Shown here piece by piece: positions 61,578 through 64,000 of a DNA stretch of 64,000 bases. The translations under genes and the position numbers were made by a program. This stretch comes from a virus: the IMG/VR virus record IMGVR_UViG_3300048999_000192, positions 32,001 to 96,000 of that record. One strand, written 5' to 3'. The notes beneath the pieces were generated by a model, which worked only from the letters and a program-made list of their open reading frames with translations, did no database searches and was not told where the DNA came from. Position 1 is the first letter of the stretch. Every line of letters begins with the position of its first letter.

Positions 61578-61680
61578 TTGAGCCGTCCTCCTGCCTTTGT
61601 GCCTGCGTCAGGGAGGGCGGCTCAATCATTTTATTTTCTTCCCCTCTGGTGTTCCACTCCAGGTTTTCTTGGAGTAACGT
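61578..61680 (+). promoter_or_regulatory. Terminator + AT tract + promoter cassette
   Basis: TTGAGCCG/CGGCTCAA hairpin, ATCATTTTATTTTCTTCC, TTCCAC-N17-TAACGT. Confidence 0.75.
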
Positions 61681-61707
61681 GGCTGAAGCCACGATCGAAA
61701 GGACACC

Positions 61708-62061
61708 ATGGAGACCGTTCCCCACATCGTCGACAGCCTCGCCGTCGAGCGGAAGATGGACATGGTCATCGACGTCTCCGGCCAGCCGGACGTCACCGAC
61801 ACCATGAACCGCCGCAAGGTCCTCCCGCAGAAGCTGCTCCTCACCTATCGCCAGGAGGGCCTGGACGTCCCCGTCTCCCTGTGGCACGTGATCGTGCGCG
61901 GCCCCCTCCGCCTCAGCGCGGGCACCCTGTCCAAGGTCACCACGCACGACGTCAACAGCTACTTCTGGAAGCTGGAGGCGGACGAGCTGGAGGAGCTCGA
62001 CCATCGGTTCCCGGCCTGGGTCCGGGCGCTGGTGGAGGAGTACTGGCCCGCCACCATCTGA
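61708..62061 (+). CDS. Hypothetical protein
   Basis: AAAGGA RBS. Confidence 0.65.
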   Translation: METVPHIVDSLAVERKMDMVIDVSGQPDVTDTMNRRKVLPQKLLLTYRQEGLDVPVSLWHVIVRGPLRLSAGTLSKVTTHDVNSYFWKLEADELEELDHRFPAWVRALVEEYWPATI

Positions 62062-62073
62062 GCCATCCCTGGA

Positions 62074-62161
62074 GATCGGCCCCCGCTACCGTCCGGCGGG
62101 GGCCGATCATTTTATTTTCTTCCCTCAGGTGGTTCCCTCCCCACAATCCTTGGAGTAGGGT
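62074..62161 (+). promoter_or_regulatory. Terminator + AT tract + promoter cassette
   Basis: GATCGGCCCCCGC/GCGGGGGCCGATC, ATTTTATTTTCTTCC, CCCACAATCCTTGGAG-TAGGGT. Confidence 0.78.
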
Positions 62162-62194
62162 GGGGGTACACACCGAGAGAAGGGGCCACAAAAG

Positions 62195-63602
62195 ATGGCG
62201 AACCTGAGCCGGAAGAACTACACCGAGATCGCCGAGGCCGTCGGCATCGAGCGTCGCGCGGTGAGCGCCAGTGACCGCGAGGGCTACACCCGCGAGGAGG
62301 TCGCCGAGATGCTCGACGCGATCTCGACCCGCCTCGCCCGCGCGATGACCGGCACCAACGCCCAGTTCAACCGCCCCCGCTTCCTGGAGGCCTGTGGCGT
62401 GGAGGAGGGCAAGTGAGCTCCATCGTCATCGAGGTCCCCGAGGACCTGGAGACCGTCCTGGTCGAGGACCTGTTCCGCATCCAGGACGAGGACACCCGCC
62501 ACGCGATGGTGCACAAGCGGGCGAACAACCCCGACCTGTGCCCCGAGTGCCGGGCCTATGTCCAGGCGATGCGCCAGGTGATCGAGACCCGGCGGCTCTC
62601 CCCCAAGGGTCAGGCGATCGAAACGGCCGCCATCGCGCTCTACCGCCAGGAGGTCGGCTTCGAGTCCTTCGCCGCCGCCAGCCGGGTGTGGTCGTACCGT
62701 GCGGACCAGCACGAGGCCTACCGCAGCCGGGCTCGCGAGATCTTCACCCTCACCGACCCCATCTTCCCGATCTACCGCGCGGAGGACTGATCATGAAGAC
62801 CACCGAGACCCCCGCCCAGCGCCCGCTCCGCGAGATCGCCGCCGAGATCAAGGAGAACTGGAAGAACGTCTACTTCGGCGCGGTGCCCTACCTGGACGCC
62901 ATGGGCGGGCTGGAGGCGATCGACGGCTACTTCGGGGTCGATGACGCCCGCACGATCGTCCGCTACTTCCTCTCCAACGCCGCCACCTGGCGGGGTGAGA
63001 CCGCCCGCCGCGTCAAGGCCGAACTAAAGGCGATGCTCTGATCATGGAAAAGTTCCTCAAGCTCCAGCCCTCCCCGCGTGTCGACAACATCGTGGACGGC
63101 CACGAGATGACCCAGCTCCCCTACCCGTTCTTCGTCGAGCAGGACGGCACCGTCCTGCATCCCGACACCGTGCAGGCGGTGCGGGCGCTGGGCTTCCAGA
63201 CCGACCTGGCCCGGCACGAGGTCGACCTTCTCTGGGATGAGATCTGGGAGCACCCGGAGCTGGCCGTCGGCAAGTACCTGGTCTCCACTACCCCCGACGG
63301 CGGCATGGGTGTCCACACCATCGCCATCGACACCGCCGAATTCATCGGGGGGTAGCGCCATGATCGAGCTGGAGATCGGGGAGGAGGTCGAGATCTACTT
63401 CGACAACTACAACCGTTACTCCGACCCCACTCTGGAGGGGATCGGCACGGTGACCAAGGTCGTCAAGGGCAGCGTGTTCATCGAGTGGCCGTCGGGACAG
63501 ATCAAGTTCTCCCGCACCTTCCAGCGCAGCCAGGACGCCTACCAGGGCCGGTTCTTCCGCAAGGCGGACCAGAACGTTCGCTTCGCCCAGCATCGCGGCT
63601 GA
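62195..63602 (+). CDS. Hypothetical genes (62195-62416, 62413-62790, 62793-63041, 63044-63355, 63360-63602)
   Basis: Coupled ORFs; NAQFNRPRFLEAC and VPYLDAM..FLSNAATWRG motifs. Confidence 0.65.
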
Positions 63603-63605
63603 CAA

Positions 63606-63641
63606 GCTGTCCACGAGCCCCACCACACCCCGAAAGGGTGG
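63606..63641 (+). promoter_or_regulatory. Candidate late promoter GCTGTC-N20-GAAAGGGTGG
   Basis: Third copy with the same spacing. Confidence 0.5.
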
Positions 63642-63653
63642 AGGTGGGGCTTC

Positions 63654-64000
63654 GTGCGTCCTGGGGAAGAGTCGGCTCGGTCCGACGCTGGCAAGCAGAC
63701 CGTCTGGCCGGTCGCTGTCGGCGGCGGCCTGGTGGACATGTGCGCCCACCACAAGACGATCCACGAGGGGCACTCCAACCTCGCCAACCAGATCGCCGCC
63801 CAGACCGGCCTGGCGCAGGAGGAGCACGAGGAGCTCACCCCGCACACCGGCACCTGCGTGGAGTGCAAGCGCCGCGCGGGCAAGGGCGAGCTGATGCACT
63901 CGCTCGACTCGGCGCTGCCGACCGGATATCGCAAGAAGCAGGATCAGAGCGACCGTACGCCCCGCAGGCCGTTCGAGCCGGGCAAGACCCGCACCAAGCC
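63654..64000 (+). CDS. N-terminus of a His/Cys-containing protein, truncated by the window edge
   Basis: GGAGG RBS + GTG; frame open to the end (CAHH..CVEC). Confidence 0.55.
   Translation, partial: MRPGEESARSDAGKQTVWPVAVGGGLVDMCAHHKTIHEGHSNLANQIAAQTGLAQEEHEELTPHTGTCVECKRRAGKGELMHSLDSALPTGYRKKQDQSDRTPRRPFEPGKTRTK

Larger units (their letters stand above)
1..64000. mobile_element. Segment of a large actinomycete bacteriophage genome (Bxz1/E3-like gene organisation)
   Basis: Large terminase, phage-type SSB-DnaE-RecA-nuclease module, densely packed co-oriented small ORFs, repeated phage promoters, no host housekeeping operons. Confidence 0.93.

Noticed and set aside
12324-62161. Repeated CCAAG..CTTGGAG motif as a CRISPR array
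   Set aside because: Copies are kilobases apart, degenerate and located at promoters; there is no repeat-spacer periodicity and no cas operon
1-64000. Prophage boundaries, integrase or transposase
   Set aside because: No recombinase or transposase motifs, att-like junctions or flanking host genes were seen, so lifestyle cannot be determined from this window

Overview
This window is a 64-kb segment of a large, high-GC actinomycete phage. Its gene content and order resemble the Bxz1/E3-like myoviruses, and the phage-borne bldC and DUF397-like genes point to a filamentous, Streptomyces-like host. Bases 1-10.4 kb hold a replication/recombination module: J-domain-like protein, SSB, DnaE, RecA, two PD-(D/E)XK nucleases and a RuvC-like nuclease. 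Bases 10.8-16 kb hold a sigma-region-4 protein, a DUF932-like protein and the large terminase. Bases 16.6-24 kb and 55.4-61.3 kb hold putative late/virion genes, including His-rich multidomain effector proteins (GNAT, several ADP-ribosyltransferase-like domains, RelE, HExxH peptidase, nucleotidyltransferase, Nudix, DUF3626-like, 2H phosphoesterase). Bases 24-55 kb and 61.3-63.6 kb hold many small accessory genes behind about 20 copies of a sigma70-type promoter with a palindrome in its spacer. The main candidates for new biology are: (1) effector domains bounded by a recurring [K/R/H]-x-A motif that the putative virion proteins share, suggesting protease-processed polyproteins; (2) an antitoxin-like gene with its own promoter and RBS overprinted inside the giant ORF, directly upstream of its RelE domain; (3) host-development mimics (BldC, three truncated DUF397 peptides, a receiver-less OmpR domain); (4) a candidate late promoter GCTGTC-N20-GAA(G/A)(A/G)GGTG. 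All functional calls come from recognising motifs by eye; no searches were run.
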